64,000 bases of DNA from Rhynchopus sp. YZ270_cl-10 (GCA_964035575.1 OZ037833.1:2108001-2172000), one strand, 5' to 3'. Numbered from the stretch's first letter, positions 38,857 through 53,457 are shown. A program made the numbers and translations. Notes: generated from the letters alone by a model not told the origin.

Positions 38857-40044
38857 GAAGTACGCAAGCAGGCTTTGCGCTAATTTTTGGCCCTTGGCCC
38901 GGGATTTTTGGATATTTTTGTGGTGCGTTTTTTTTTTGCAAACCGGGGTTTCCTTAAGAAAACCAGAGAATCTCATAGTTCATAGGAAGGGTACTTTAGA
39001 GTGTTTTTGTACACACATGTGACCCCACCGTGGAGAGCAATCGGCTCGCGCAATCAAAAGAAAGCAGAGAAAAGGGAAAATAAAAAAGAAAAAAGTTGGG
39101 TACCGTGCGCCTGCGGCGCTACCTGTTCCCTACCCTACTTTATTTCTAAATATGATGTACTTATGTACAGTGTTCATTTTCTTTTGAGTACGACAATGCG
39201 CTGCTGAACCGTCTCCACCCTCGCTGCGTGAGGGCGGCACCCCTCCGAGGCTATAACCGTCCTGGTTTTTGTTCTCACTCTTCTCTGTGGTCACAGAAAC
39301 CCCATAGCTTCTTCAGTTCATTGGTGCTTGCAGTCAAAACACCACAATTTCATGCCAAGTTGGGTTTTCAGACTGAAAATGACCCTTGTTTACGGTATGG
39401 GTTCATATTTTGTGAAAATGTAAGTCACTGAAATTTTGTCCATTTTTCCGTATATCCCCCACCACAAGCCGGGATTGGTTCGGAAATGCAACAAAACGAC
39501 CTCTTGGGCGGAAAAAAAAAAGGAAATTTACGCACTTTTTGAGACCGGGGTTTCCTTACTAAAACCGGAGGAATCTCATAGTTCATAGTAAGGGTACTTT
39601 AGAGTGTTTTTGGACACGCATGTGACCCCACCGTGGAGAGCAATCGGCTCGCGCAATCAAAAGAAAGCAGAGAAAAGGGAAAAGAAAAAAGTTGGGTACC
39701 GTGCGCCTGCGGCGCTACCTGTTGCCAACAGCCAGTCAAAAACACCGCAATTTCATCTGAATTTGGGTTTTCAGACTGAAAATGCCCCTTGTTTAGGAGT
39801 ATGGGTTCATATTTTGTGAAAATTTAAGTCACTAAAATTTTGTCCATTTTCCCGAATATGCCCCACCACAGCCCGGGATTGGCTCGGAAATGCCACAAAA
39901 CACTGTTTTTTCACCCCCAGACGTAACCCTATTTGAGGTGCGTTTTTTTGGGCCCGAACCACGATTTTTCAGATTTTTTTCCAAAAGTTAGCGCGAAGCC
40001 TGTACGCAAGCAGTACGCAATATGGGGTCGTCAGGAGCACCAAT
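38795..40044. mobile_element. Probable TIR element with an internal tandem duplication (~38942-39510 and ~39543-39900)
   Basis: Ends attggtaccccaga / tcaggagcaccaat. Two direct copies of accggggtttcctta...gggattgg.cggaaatgc. Confidence 0.65.
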
Positions 40045-41439
40045 TATCCCTTCTTTAAATGCTCGTTGTTTCCAAAAAGAAAGAAAAAAAAAAAAAAAAC
40101 ACAAAACAGACCTGACACTACTTGGTTACTCGCGAAAGTCAAATGTAATATATTTCGTTTTTTTTTTTTTGTGCGCCAAACCAAAACCAATATAGGGGTG
40201 ATTAGCGGCGCACTTTTTTTGGCTTTCCTTGGCAACCCATAAAATATTGATAGATTGGGTCGGTTGAGTCGATGAGGTGTGTAATGCAGGAAGCTAAAAA
40301 AAAAACAAAAGAGAAAAAAGGTTTGGTCAGATGATCTAAAACTCTGTTTAGTCGCCTTTCTTTTGCCTTTTAAAAAGCTAAATAAATGGGGCAGGGCTGT
40401 GGGGGGGGCTTTTTCTGAGCAAACTACACACTGGGAAAAATATCGAAAATACAGAGGGCTGTTTTTTTTTGGGGGGTGGTGAGGGGTTGATCACCCACCT
40501 GGAAATTTTCAAATGACCCCCCAATATTGACAGGTTCCTGACAGGATTTCCTACCCCCCCTTCCCCGTTAGGCTGAGACCTGGGGGGACGAGGGGGAAGC
40601 ATCATCGCAAAAATATAATATAAGTACTCCTTTCCGTGGGCAAGACCCTTTTGCATTGATCAATTGGAAGCGTTCTCAAGCCAGAGACGCTACACACTGC
40701 TGGGACTGCAGACCACGCACACCTTTTTTTTTGTTTTGTTTTTTTGTTTTGTTTTTTTTGCATGAAATATAGGTCCTAAGAGCGTAGACAGAGGGTACAC
40801 GAGGGTGCCAAAAAAAAAAGCTTTTTTGAGACCCTTTCACAGATGCTCAAAAGTGCCCAAAATCTAGCACAAAATTGGCCTGGAAACCGTTGAAATTACC
40901 ATCATTTCTCAGTCCTGTATGTTACGATAATTGAAAGATACATTTGACACTACATCAAAGTACATTAAAGAAAGGTCACGTTATCCAAGTCGCCGTCACG
41001 CTCTTATTCAAATGAATTATTGGGTGGCGCTACAGTATGTACTCAATGTTGGCGATGGGGGGGGTTTTTTTTTCTTTCTTTCCATCATGTAAAAGAATGG
41101 GGTTGGCGGGGAAGTATGTTTTTTTCTGTTTTTTTTTCTTTGTTTAAATTCCACCGAAAGATGCTTTGTAACAAACATCGCTCGGGCTGAAAAAAAAAGG
41201 GGTAGTTTCAAAATCAAAGCTATTTTTTTCTTCGTATCTCGAAAATAAAATGTTCTTTTTTTTTTGAAGATTATCTTACACCTCCCCTAAAACAATGCTA
41301 TGTTGTTTGATGTACAATGTCCCAATCACACTTGAAGTGGATCAGGGTGTATGTGCATTTTATTTTCACTTCAATGATTGTTTTGTTTGGGGAATCCCCT
41401 CCACACTGTCCGTATACGTTGGCTATTTTTTTCCCATTA

Positions 41440-41849
41440 GGGCACGGTAATTTTTTTTCTTGGTAAGCGTCAGACCACTTCTCAAAAAAAAGTACGCACG
41501 CACGCAAAAAAAAATTATGCAGTAAAAAAAATTATGAGTGGTGAAAAAAATTATAGAGGAAAATTACAGTGGGGGAAATACAGGCCAAAAATATTTTCCC
41601 ACCAATTTTTGCCCACAAAAAATCGGGGGAAATTTTTTTTGATTTCGGCTCTCGGGAGTATGTGTGTGCTGTGATGGGGTCAATTTGCGCTGAAAAATGT
41701 ACATTTTTTACCTAAAATACATGGTTGAGTTATTGAGGGCCCCCCTTTATAATTTTTTTTCTACCCCCCTACATAATTTTTTTCCCTGGAATCTCAAAAA
41801 AAAAAAGTACGCACGCAGACGCTTACCAAAAAGAAAAATTACCGTGCCC
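41440..41849. mobile_element. PIF/Harbinger (Tourist)-like MITE
   Basis: TIR GGGCACGGTAATTTTT...TTGGTAAGCGTC, flanked by TTA on both sides. Confidence 0.85.
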
Positions 41850-42434
41850 TTATTTATTTCTTTTTTTTGATAAATTGTTGGAGTAGTGTAGTTGCCTCGG
41901 TTGTGTTGCCACAGTTGTGCAATCTCCACTGTCTGTTTTTAAAGAGAGAGAAAGGTTGGTAGGTTATGTCACCAAAATCATGAAACATAACTTATTTTGT
42001 TTCGCAACGCTTGTGTGTGGGGCGAAGGTTCGCAAGAAGTCTTTTTTTTTTTTTTTTTGACAACGGGAAAGATGCTGAATTTTTTTTTTTTACTAAAAAA
42101 AGGGGGGAATTCCGCAATCACCATTACTCCAGAAAGGAGAAAGGGACCAGAAATAAAAGGGGGGGGATGGAGGAGAGAGATAAAAAAAAACTTTGAACTG
42201 TGAACCACATTGCTCAAGATGCTCCAAATTCTGACCCAATATTTTTGGGTGGGAATAAGGCGCTGTGAGTATCGCTTTCCCTGAGGAAAGCAGTCTCGTG
42301 AAAGATGTCATTCTTTTTTTTTTATATATGAACAAAATGGGAAGTGTCCCGATAGGTTCGTTCAAAAAGAAAAAAAAAGAAAATGATTGTTTGGTATGGT
42401 TTGCAAACAAAACGTTGGCGTGTCGTGTCTGTAC

Positions 42435-42867
42435 CAGGGGCTTATAGGGGGGTAAAACCCGGTCAAGCATGCGTCCTACCTTTCCCATGACATAGTTTGG
42501 CAGTAAAAATGTGCAATTTTAAGCGGTTTGAAATATTGCGCAACATGGCTTCGCCAAAAGCTCTCGTTATAGCAACGTATGGAAGCAAAATTTACGGAAC
42601 TGATGATAATTACCGATAGTGCCACGATATGTCAACATTTTTTTAGAAATACCGCCAGGAACCTTTGGGCCGTTTCTTTTTTTTGTACTGAGGTTACTGA
42701 TAATTCAGTGAGCCACATGTGCGCATGGTGCAAATATCAATGAAGTGCCGAACTCCGCAGTTGGTTAACCGAGGAATTCTCACATTCCGCCGGAGGCCCT
42801 CAACTTGAGCTGGGTTGGGCTCCACCGAGATTGACCGGGTTTCAGCGAAAACCCATATAAGCCCCTG
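42435..42867. mobile_element. hAT-like MITE (TIR CAGGGGCTTATA)
   Basis: TIR pair with TSD GTCTGTAC/GTCTGTGC. Internal blocks are shared, inverted, with 59.5-59.9 kb. Confidence 0.8.
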
Positions 42868-43658
42868 GTCTGTGCAAAAAAAAAAAACAAAAAAAAATAC
42901 AAACGTTGGCCCAGAGACTACAAAAAATACGGATTGTGAGAAAGTGTTTGCACTTCCCCCTAACCACAAAATGCCACCCCCTGGTTATTTATCACAAAGG
43001 GGACGGTAATGATTTGATGCGTCTCTCGGACTCTCTCCTCCAGTTTTTTTTAAAGTTCTATTTCTAAAAATGAGAAAAAAAAAACACTGAAAATCTGCTC
43101 CAAAAAGAAATATCCACGAAAGGGGTGTAGTCAAAATGGGGGAGCTTTTTTTTGATGGGAGCATGGGGCGGGTGTACATTGTTTTTTTTTTTTCCCCTTC
43201 CCATTTTCTCCGTCGTCGACGTGTGGACAACGAAAAAATGTGAAAATAAATAAGAAAGGTTGATAAGATGGACCTTAAAAAAAACCTCTGATTTTTTTTT
43301 TCAGTCCATCTTCAAAAAAATCCTTGGGCCGAGCCATATTTTTTATTTCAAAAAATATGCTCCAATTTTTGAAATTCGCATAATGTTGGGGTGGGGAAAA
43401 AAACAACAAAGGGGGGAGAAAAAAAATGTCAAGAAACCCACCTACATACCCAGCGCGATGCCGATACTAGACCCAAAATTGGTCAAAAAAAATCGCGATG
43501 CCTTCGTATGTATGGGGACCCGAGACACCTTTTTTTGGGAGCATTTTGGGGGAACGTTTTATCGACCAAAAAAAAAAAATTTTTTTTTTTCGAAATCTGC
43601 TATAAAAAAAACGAGCATAAACCTCTCATATTGTGTTTAGACACCTTCAAAAAATATA

Positions 43659-44644
43659 TCATCCTTCCTCAGTCACAACCACCATGGGGGAGTAGGTGCC
43701 TCTTGGGGTGACGATGGTGCTGACCCCTGTGAACTCCTCGTCGATGGGGGTGCAGCGACCCCGGATGCGTTCGTGGCTGAGCGACTCACCCTCCTCTGGT
43801 TCGTCGCTGATACCTCCTTCGATTTCGTCGTTTACTTCGTCGGGGAAGGAACCGGGACGGACATCCACTGGAGTGTCGACAGGGATCGCAGTCACAAAGG
43901 GTCCACCGTAAGGGTCCATGCGGAACATCGCCGAAGACGACAACGAAATAGTGTCCATCGCTGGCGTCGAAGGCATCTTCAAGAAAGGCCCGCTTGGACT
44001 CCCCTCCAGGTTGAAGTGCTCGCCCTCAGGGATGAACTGCTCATCCATCTCATAGATGTCCTCTGCACGCAGCCCCCCCATGACGCGGTCGTGCTGTGGT
44101 GTCTCATCCAAGATAACCGGAGTGTTCATGACGCTGAAGCATGGGCTCTCCTGTGGTGTGAGTGGCGTCACGTTTGGGGAGGTCAGCGAAATCTGGTGTG
44201 CCGTCTTGCCATGCTTCTTGTCCTTACGCTTGTGGCGGGTAGAGATCTTCTCGTTGTCGCCATGTGCAAAGGTACACCGATCGCCAAACGCACACTCCCC
44301 CTGCTGCCAGTTCCTGCAGATCTTAGTGTTCCGCTTGGTCAGATCAATCGAAGGCGACACATTGAACACACGTGACGGGGCAGGGGACAGTGAGATGGCA
44401 GAGTGTGCGGTGATTGGGCCGCTCATGGTGTCCAGTCCGTACACCGGTGATTCGTGGCGGGGCAGCATCAATTCGTGGTCCTGAGGAAGAAAAATAATGG
44501 TTGTAAGGATTAGAGCGGTTGGGCAGAGAAAAAAGCTGAAGGATGAATCGTTTTGCAAAACTTGAAAAGGGTTGTGGTGGAAGGGGTGATGCATACAATA
44601 GGCGTCGACATGTGGTCCATGTTCTGCATAGCGTCCATCATCAT
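43659..44644 (-). CDS. CCCH zinc-finger protein; exons 44644-44597 and 44480-43659
   Basis: Finger TKICRNWQQGECAFGDRCTFAHG (C-x7-C-x5-C-x3-H). Exon 1 (MMMDAMQNMDHMSTPI) joins through a GTATGC...CTCAG intron (44596-44481) in phase 0. Confidence 0.88.
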
Positions 44645-45495
44645 GATGTTGATTTGTTTTGTTGTGTAATGAAGGAGAAAAAAACGGAAATAAAGCGGAA
44701 AAGAAGGAAGAGGTGTAGTATGAAGAACGGGTGTAAAATGAAAATAAAGCTCGAGAGAGCGAAAGCAAAATACTAAAAAATGTGTAACTGATATTTGGTG
44801 TGGTTGGTGGGTTGTTGCTGAGTACTAAGTAAAATGCCAAGTACAAAATCAAACAGTGAGATACAAACATTCGCTGGAATGTGCAAAACGTCCTTTTTTG
44901 AATTCCAGAATTCTACACGCATTATCAGACTGTGAACGGACCACTTGAGGGAGAGGCAAACTTGATGAGAAAGAAAAAAAAAAAAGGTGGGGAGAATTTC
45001 CTTTTTCCGTTGGCGTAATATTGGTGTGTTTTTTTTTTTTTTTTTTGAAAACTTGGTTGTATTAGTGTAGACACCCGAGGATGAACTCCACTATAAAAAT
45101 TTTTTTTTTTGTGTGATTTTTGTTGGTATTGTGGTGGGGAATATTTTTTTTTGTTATTTTGTGACGAGCATGGTATACAGAAGATCTAAATATCTGAGGT
45201 AAGATCCTCTGTATACCATGGACGACAAAAGAAAGAAAGAAAGAAAGAAAGAAATAAATACAAAGAAGAGGGAAAAAACTTGATAGATCTCTGAGTCTTC
45301 TGGACACGTGGATCTATGAAAAGAAAAAAAAAAATCAATAGTAAAAAGCGTTAGATATTTTGGCCAGCAAAAAAAACATAATCTTTTTTAATTTTTTTTG
45401 CATGACAAAATAATGCGTGGAGATTACACAGTGGTGATGACTACACGAAACCAAAAAAAAAAATTTTTGAACAAAAAAACGCCTACCATGGTAGG

Positions 45496-45930
45496 TTACA
45501 GTGAAAAAAAAAAAAAAAAAAAAAAAAAGTCACACAAGGTCCTCACAACACACCCCATTTCGCTGTTTTCTTGTCCTCCCTCGCAAAGACCTGCGACTAT
45601 CTTTGCACGTCTGAAGAGCATTTCCTTCAGACATTTTATTTCCTCCGCTTCCGCAGTGTTCGCATCACGAAGACATGAAGCAAGACACTGTATTGTTGTA
45701 TTGACAAAAAAAATAGTAGGCTCGGTAGGTAAAGTTGTTTCCTTGATGTTCTCCGTACCCGGTAATACTATTTCTCCTTTAAAGCAAGCTTCGTAGGAAT
45801 AAAAGAAATCCATCCAACCTACAATGTAGTCTTGGGTACTATGTCGACAACCACACTACCTGGCACTACCTCGAGTTTTGTCAATTCGACCAGCGATGAA
45901 TGTGGCTTAGGAAGAGGACCGCTGCGTTTT
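45496..45930 (-). pseudogene. Coding-like island with disrupted frames
   Basis: Homopolymer-free stretch giving protein-like fragments (LEVVPGSVVVDIVP; EEIKCLKEMLFRRAKIVAG) in different frames. Confidence 0.25.
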
Positions 45931-48842
45931 GTGTGTGAATAGTGAAAACCTGTAAACAGACATGAAGTGAATATGGGCTTTTTGATAGTATAGAAAATAA
46001 CTAAAAAAAAACAAAGGCAAAAAAGAATCTTTTGGAGAGAAAATAACAACTTGAAAAAGATGGGCGCGTCCCACGCACACACCTTCGAAGAAAGGTGTAG
46101 GGAGAGAAAGAGAAAAAGGGAACACAAAATTCAGTTCCCATCCCATGCTACCCAGGAAGGTATTGTGATAATTGCCCATCATAATACATACACACCACAA
46201 TACAGCTGTATTGTGATGTGTACCACAGGGTAGTAAGCTCTCTCTTTCAGTGGGGGGAATTCACTTTGATCGTGTATGATATAGGGGCTGGGTTTTGCTT
46301 AGTTGATATCTGTTCCGCTTTCCACCCCTCTAAAATAGCTTTTTTTTTTTAGATTCCAAAAACCTTTGCAGGTCTTCAGAAAGAGAAAAAAAGAAAAACT
46401 ACAGAAAAAAAGGATGGTTGTTTCATAATTCGACAATCACGATCGTCAAATAATTTGTTACTGTAAACAAAACATTATGTTTTGTTGTGTAAGTGACAGC
46501 ATCGTCGTAACTTATGATGGACGTAGCTGTGTACAATATACGGGGTTTTTTTTCTTTTCTTTTTTGAACAACATTTTTTTGGCACAAATACTAAATACGC
46601 GTTGCTGTTTTGTTTGGATTTCATAAACGTTAAATTGCCAAAAAAAAAAAAAAAATCACAATATTTTAAGTATCACCTCGTTTCCAAAACGAAGAACACA
46701 AAAAAAGAAAATGAAGGACAAAACAAGAGGGGGAGATGAAATGGTAACCTTCCATATTCCAAAACTATTGGTCAGATATTAATACGTTTTTTTTGTTTGT
46801 TCTGATCAAAAGAAAATAAAGATGACCCGAAGCTTCACAGTGCTTGGTCACCTCAAAAAAAAAGAAAAAGAAAAAGGTTGTCAATGGCGATAGTTTCCCC
46901 CATTGCTCTGAGTAAGAGACTGACGGACGAATTGAATTAGCACCACATTCTCAAAAAGAGAAAAAAATCTCACACAAACACTTCTGTCTCTGCAGATCGC
47001 AGATATGCGCTCCTTTTGTGTGACTTATCAGGGTTTGGGTGATTTGCAAAAAAAAAAAAAAAAAAAGAAAAAAAAAATCCCCCGCAAAGGTTTTTTTTGC
47101 GGACGACTAAAAGAGCGTAAATGTAGCCTATCTGTTGGGGATGAGGGGGGAAAGGGTTATCACCCTAGAGCAAAAAAAAGGGGGGGAATTTTGCATTCTT
47201 CATTTTGAAAACTGTGTACAGTGCATTTCAGCAAAAAAAAAAAAAAACATTTTTTTTTTCTAGTTTTCGAATCACACTTCGTTGTAAGGAAAGGTAGACA
47301 GCAGACTTTTGTTTCGTTTGAAAGGGGGAAATAAAGAGGGTCAGAGGAAAGACATGAAGATATGGGGGATGAGGGCGGGGGGCGGGGGGTTTGGGTTTGG
47401 GTTGAGATCACTATAATGCAAAAAATCCTGCATTGGTTTTCCGTTTGGTTTTGTGTGAATAAGATAGCACCCAACTCTTAGTGACCGATAGTCGAGCAAA
47501 GAGAGCAAAGGGGGGGAATCACAACATCTCTTGGCGTCCCATGCTGTACCGACAGTTGGGCCTCACCCTCTTAGGGGTTTACATGGACGTCCTTACAGGC
47601 AGTACACTGTAGCCCTCAAGTGTAGCAGAACCGAAGTCCTGGCCTGACCGTTGTCACTGTTTAATGCTCCGGGTGCGAGCACCCTTCATAGCATGGGGAA
47701 GCCACGTCCCAGCATTTATATACCTTGCCAAGGTTTAACTTTGCATAGGGGCAGGGACGTTTAGCACCCTGAGGACAAGGGGGAGAGTCCCGCATACCCA
47801 AAAAGAAAGACAAAGGCTATGGTGAGGAGAGGCAGGGTTGCTAAAAAAAAGAAAAGACCCCCGAAGGCACAAAAAAAAACGCCCCGCATGCCCCCTCCTC
47901 GCCTCCTGTTTTGGTAATCTCTCAGGTCAAGACATCGATTCGATGAAAGGCGATTACCACGTTCATTTTATATCCATCAATAAATATGGTTGTAAAAAGT
48001 AGCAATCACCAAAAAAAAAATTTTTTTTTTAAATCCACACAGCTCACTCAGAGATCACCGTATGTGATCCATTTTTATTCCTAAAGAGAGAAAATCCCTC
48101 TTTTTTCGCACAGTTTTTTGGGGCTTGTTTTGTTCTTTGTTCCGTCTCTAAACATTGCTCTTTTTGTGACAGTGATTTTTGGCCACTCACTTTTATGGGT
48201 ACAGCCAATCGTCCATCCAGAGATGAGTTCTGTACTCATCACCCTGTTGTGACAAAGCAATACAAGTGAGGTTCTTTTTAAAATTTTGGCCCACTGTACA
48301 CAAGGAAAAAGCAGCTGACAGAACAGAATTTACTTCGCTACTGCATCTGAGCAAAAACATACCAGATAATCCATATTTCCCTCACAAAAACCGTGAAAAT
48401 TCATTTGAAAAGAAAAAAAAGAACTGTAGAATTCTCCAAAGTGGGAAGCACTGTCATTTGCACGGAACGTTATCAGGAGCTCTGGGGTTCAGTTATTGTT
48501 GTTTTTTTTTTCCACCGTAACCTACCGAGGTAGGCGTGACGCTGACTACACGGTAGTTATTGGTAGCCAGCGCTACTGCCTCTTGCTTAGTTTTGTTGTT
48601 GTGCTACTTTGCGATTTTATTTTTTAATTGAAAAGTAAAACATCCGTACAAGACCCCGTGCGTTGCCCGATGACGTGCAATACAGTGTGTTTCTTCGTTA
48701 ATCTGTCGGTTCAGTGTTGCCACACAACGATAAAGTAAATGACTTTACTTGCGGTTTCACCGTTGTCTTACAACAGTAAAATATCCAATGAAAACCACAA
48801 GTCAAGTAATTTACTACCGTCGTGCATAAAAGACAGTTTTCA

Positions 48843-49190
48843 CTAGAGAAAAAAACGTTCCTTATTTTTTATGTACAAATAATACACAAGGCTTCCTGAG
48901 AGGACACCCTGCGTTGAAGAGGGTGTTTTGGGTGTCATATAATTTGTCTTGCACAAAAAAATGCGAAGCGAAATGGAGAGAAGAACAATACTATTGAGAA
49001 TGGTCAACACTGTGTGTATGTCACCTACAAAGAAGCAATGTCCAATGAAGGAAACATGTGCACAGCATGTGTTGAAAAGAAAAATGGTAATTGATGCAGG
49101 CACCGACTGACCCACGTACGATGCCAGCCATCCCGATGAAAGCACGACAAAGAAAAATGAAAACGACATGAAGAGGACAAACCAAACCAT
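48843..49190 (-). CDS. Possible small multi-TM protein or relic
   Basis: Hydrophobic ORF directly after a long pyrimidine tract and AG. It could be an artefact of the T-rich strand composition. Confidence 0.2.
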   Translation of the reverse strand: MVWFVLFMSFSFFFVVLSSGWLASYVGQSVPASITIFLFNTCCAHVSFIGHCFFVGDIHTVLTILNSIVLLSISLRIFLCKTNYMTPKTPSSTQGVLSGSLVYYLYIKNKERFFL

Positions 49191-51320
49191 ATCTTTCAAG
49201 AAAAAAAAGAGAGAAAGAAAAGAAAAGAAACGAGAGTAAGAGAGAGAGAGTGAAACGCAATTAAAATGGGAAGGCTTTTTCCACTGTAACCTACTAATGA
49301 ACGGTTGACACTAACTGTCAGTATTATCGATAGTCGTGTCCTCTGTTGTCCCTTTTTTTTTGTTGTTGTGCTGACGAAGTGGGGTTCCTTTCCTCACTGC
49401 AACAGAGGCAGTTTCCGTTGTTCATCTGTGTGGAGGTAGGTCATTCGTAAAAAGAAAACCCCGTTCAAAGATGGTATCAGAAAAAGCAAAATAAAAAAAA
49501 GAGAAGTTGGTGTAAAGTGACCTAAACATCTTGTGTTTTGGTCACCTAAAAAATAAAAAATGTTGCAAAAAAAATATATAAAAACCCACACAAAAGAGAG
49601 AAGAAATTTGAAAGACGAGCTCTGACCTTGCGGATAAACAATATCTATTCAATCAACCGATCAGCACACCTGCCAAAAGAAAATTTGTGGAGGCAGGATC
49701 AGTGGTGTTCTTTCTGCGAATGATGGAGGTAGAAAAGCGGCAAAATAAAAAAGAGAGAAGTTGAGAACATTCCATATTTTTATATATTTGAAAAACAACA
49801 GTCGAAAAAAAAAAAAAAGAGAAATAAAATACCGTATCCATTCCCTTTTGGTGAGCAGGGTGGGTATATCTCATTTCAGCTGAGAGGCAAAAAAAAATGG
49901 ATATCTTTGAACCCTGATTTTACCTTGAGAGGGAAGGGAGGGGTGGTCAATCATCGTCTCGCATCAACAAAACTAAACAAAGAAAACTTGGACGGATGAA
50001 TATGTCTCACATACACATGCAGCCATCTTTCAAAAAAAAAAAAAAGAAAAAAAAGAAAAAAAAAATTCAAAAAAGAAAGAAACTTGAGAGTGCAGTGTGC
50101 CTGTCACGCACATCTAAAAGGATTTGCGTTAACGGACTGCAAGACTCAGGTGTGTCTTATATTGGAATGAGTGTGAGAGCGCGCGAAGAAAAGAAATGGG
50201 CAAGATGAAAAAGCAACGAGGCAGTCACCTTCACCACAAAAAAAAACAACCAGGGGTCTCAACCTGTCGCTAAAAAAGGTAGACAAAAACTGTGGACAAA
50301 TTTTTTTGTCTTCCGCTAGCGACCCCTGAAAATCATTAAAAAGAAATTATTTTTTTTTGAGTATTCCCCACGAATGTTCATAACACAAGTGTAGCCTGGT
50401 ATGAACTGTAAGAGAGGTTTTATTTTGCAAGAGAAATTTCGTGAAGCGAATCAAGTGGAGAAAAAAAAGAGAGAAAAAAGAAAAAAAAAACTTGAACGAT
50501 GAATGTGCCTCGTGCACATTCAAAAGACGAAAACGATAGAGAGAGAAATGGAAATAAAATGAACCACCCATGACATAAATATATATATTTTTTTTTTTCA
50601 ATCTGCAGCATAATTGCATTATTAAGACAACACACAAGACACGCACCTCTCTCTTCCTCACACAGAGCAAGAGATTTCTTTTTTTTACCAACAGTTTCTA
50701 TTTTAGTTTGGCTTTTTCGATGTTGAGAAGAAAAAAGGGGGTTAAAGCAATGCTCAAAAGAAGTTTGAACGAAAGAGACGATACTGAAAAAAAAAAAAAC
50801 GGGGGCTATAGTAATGGATGCAAAACGCTGTTTAGCATGCAACCACTCAACAGCTGAACACAGCTACAACCGTTGGTAGCCACAACATGCTCGTTGTTTT
50901 GAATTTTTACTTTTTTTTTTTTGGAGTAGTGTAGTTGCCTCGGTTGTGTTGCCACTGTTGTGCAATCACCACTTTTTTTTTTTTTTTTGTGTTACACCAA
51001 TCACTTTACACCTACTGGCATAAAGATCAGTACTCAATGTCGGCCGAAGCCTTTGTACTACGGAAGGTATAGACGCAGATCATCATCTGCCCCCCCCTTT
51101 TTCTTTTACACAACAACAATAACCAAAGGACCTGGTGTGACTGCAGTCTAACAATATTGGCACCCTTTGTTTTGCTACCTTAGGCGACATAATTAAAAAT
51201 GTCTGTAACACTGTTTTGTTGCTGCTTTTTTTTGGAGGGATATTTGTATCAACAATACTCACAAAGAGGTGGTTCAATGTCACCCAAAAAAGGGGCTCGG
51301 AACCACTTACCTACGACATA

Positions 51321-51449
51321 TAATGGCAGTATTATGATGGGATGCCATTTGGAATACACAAAATGCATCACAATAAACGTGTATTGTGATGTATTTTGAT
51401 GTATTTTGCGTATTCCAATGGGCTCCTCATCACAATACTGCCACCATTA
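51321..51449. repeat. ~130-bp foldback palindrome
   Basis: ggcagtattatgatg...ttggaatac / gtattccaa...catcacaatactgcc. Confidence 0.75.
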
Positions 51450-53159
51450 ACGACACACCTTATCCGACAAAACTGAGATCAGATTTTTTTTCCAAGCTCA
51501 TTCCTATAGCTAAACCAAGGCTGGGGGGGATGAGAGAGGGTGATGGGAGGAATAGTGGGCTTGGGGATTATGCCGTGATCAGGCAAAAAAAACCCAAAAC
51601 ATGAAGAAAAAAATGACACATAAACCGCAATTTTTTTGAGGATTTTTTTTTTGGGATAATTTGAACGGGAAGCGAGGGAAAACAAAAGACAACCAAATCG
51701 TGGTGAGGATATTTTGAGAAATCCTAAATAGGACAGGGGATGGGGGATGGTAGGGAAAATAATCTTGGGATGGGATGTAGGGCTGGGGCGTATGATTACT
51801 TCAAGGGGAGGGATGGGTGGGGGGGGGAGATTTTTTTTTGCAAGAAAAATAAATAAAAAACACCGTGCAATAAAAACCTGCCTGAAAGCAAGGCTCTTTG
51901 CAGAGAGAGTGTGGTTTTTTTGTACCACTGAATATATAAACATAGACCTGCAAGGGAGAGAAGAAGAAAAATATAAAAAAGTTTGGGAAGATAACCTCAC
52001 CGTTTATCTCCGTAAGACAAAGTGTGAGTCCCCTAAAAATGTTCCCTTAGTCATATTTCAAGAGAATGGCTGGTAACAAGGTGGAAAATGTGCCCCTTTT
52101 CCTGGGGATGCATTTTCCTTTATATTATGGGCATCCACACAGGGGGAAAATCTATTTTATACCACAGAGATCCAAGACGGGGGTTTTTTTTGTGAAATTC
52201 CGAAATTCGTGATGATTTTCATGGTGTAGATGGATTCATGGATTGAAAAAATTTTGTAAGATGAACCTAAACATGCTTTGGTCACAAAATAATTCCTTTT
52301 AGATTGAGCCTCGGTACTGCAAAAAAAAGTCGAGAGCTTTGCAAGGGTGAAACAAAACAACAAAAAAACAGAAAAATCTTCAAAAAATATGTGCCTCGAG
52401 GGGCCTGAAATAAGAAATGGTGAGATGAGCTTAAGTCTCGCACTGCTTAATCATCTTGACAAAATGGGGGGTGAGGGAGAAAGGGAAAGGAAGCAGGAAC
52501 TTCACGCTCCCGCCGTATCTGTGTAACCTTTAAACAATACAAAACAAAAAAAAAACTTGAATAAATGAGCCTCGCGGGGTAGGGGTTGTAATATGGCTTT
52601 CGTACACTTTCGTCATCAACAATAAAACACTGAACAAAGAGAATTGAACGTGCCTTAGTCACCTTAAATAAAAGCAAATGGCAGGGAATAATAAAGGTGA
52701 TGACAATGAAACCGTCGCACTATAAAAGGGGGTTTTTTTTTTGAGTAATGAATGAAATGAGAAGTACGGTGAAACCAAGAGAAAAATACACAAATTTTGT
52801 TGTGAGGCCATAATATCCTTTTTTTTTCTCCATTTTTTTTCGGGTCAGGGTAACACCCGACATCACCCAAGACCCCCTGCATGCGTAAACATGGTATATG
52901 TGCCTCTCCTCCGACAGCAGTTGACACCTTGCCTGCATCGAATGTCTTCTGTTGTCGAATAGAAAAAACAACACAACCAAAAATCCACATTGTCTTCAGA
53001 AGGTATACATTCCGTGTGTGAGGCAAGTCAGAAAGGGGGGGGGGAAAGGTGGCTTTTTTAGTGCAAAGACCACAGAGGTGGTCCCAAAGAACAGGAAAAG
53101 AAGTTCGGGAAAGCGTTGTACGTATGTGCGTTTTTTTTTTTTTTCTTTTGTGTGTGTGT

Positions 53160-53457
53160 CAGGCTCTCCGCTAGGATTTCCGATTTTGAAAATGTTCTGT
53201 TGATGGTCCACGTGGTGGGGTACATGCTTGCGCCGCAGGCGCACGGTACGCAACTTTTTTTTTTTTTCAACGCCCGATTTTGACTTTTTTGGGACGTTTG
53301 AGCACTCACCTCTCCATATCTTCTTCTCCTGAGCTTTTTTGACAGGTAGAACGGGTCTGAACCACTCAGCAGAACTTTTTTTTTTTTTTTTTTTTTCCCC
53401 ATTTTCAAAAAGTTCTGTTGACAATCAACAGAACTTTAGTACCTAGCGGAGTCCCTG
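53160..53457. mobile_element. hAT-like MITE family 3, copy b (inverted)
   Basis: Same TIR with 8-bp TSD GTGTGTGT. Near-identical to 31924-32221. Confidence 0.9.

Noticed and set aside
44645..44870. N-terminus of the 403-aa ORF
   Set aside because: This is low-complexity T-rich read-through. A spliced model starting at 44644 is more coherent.
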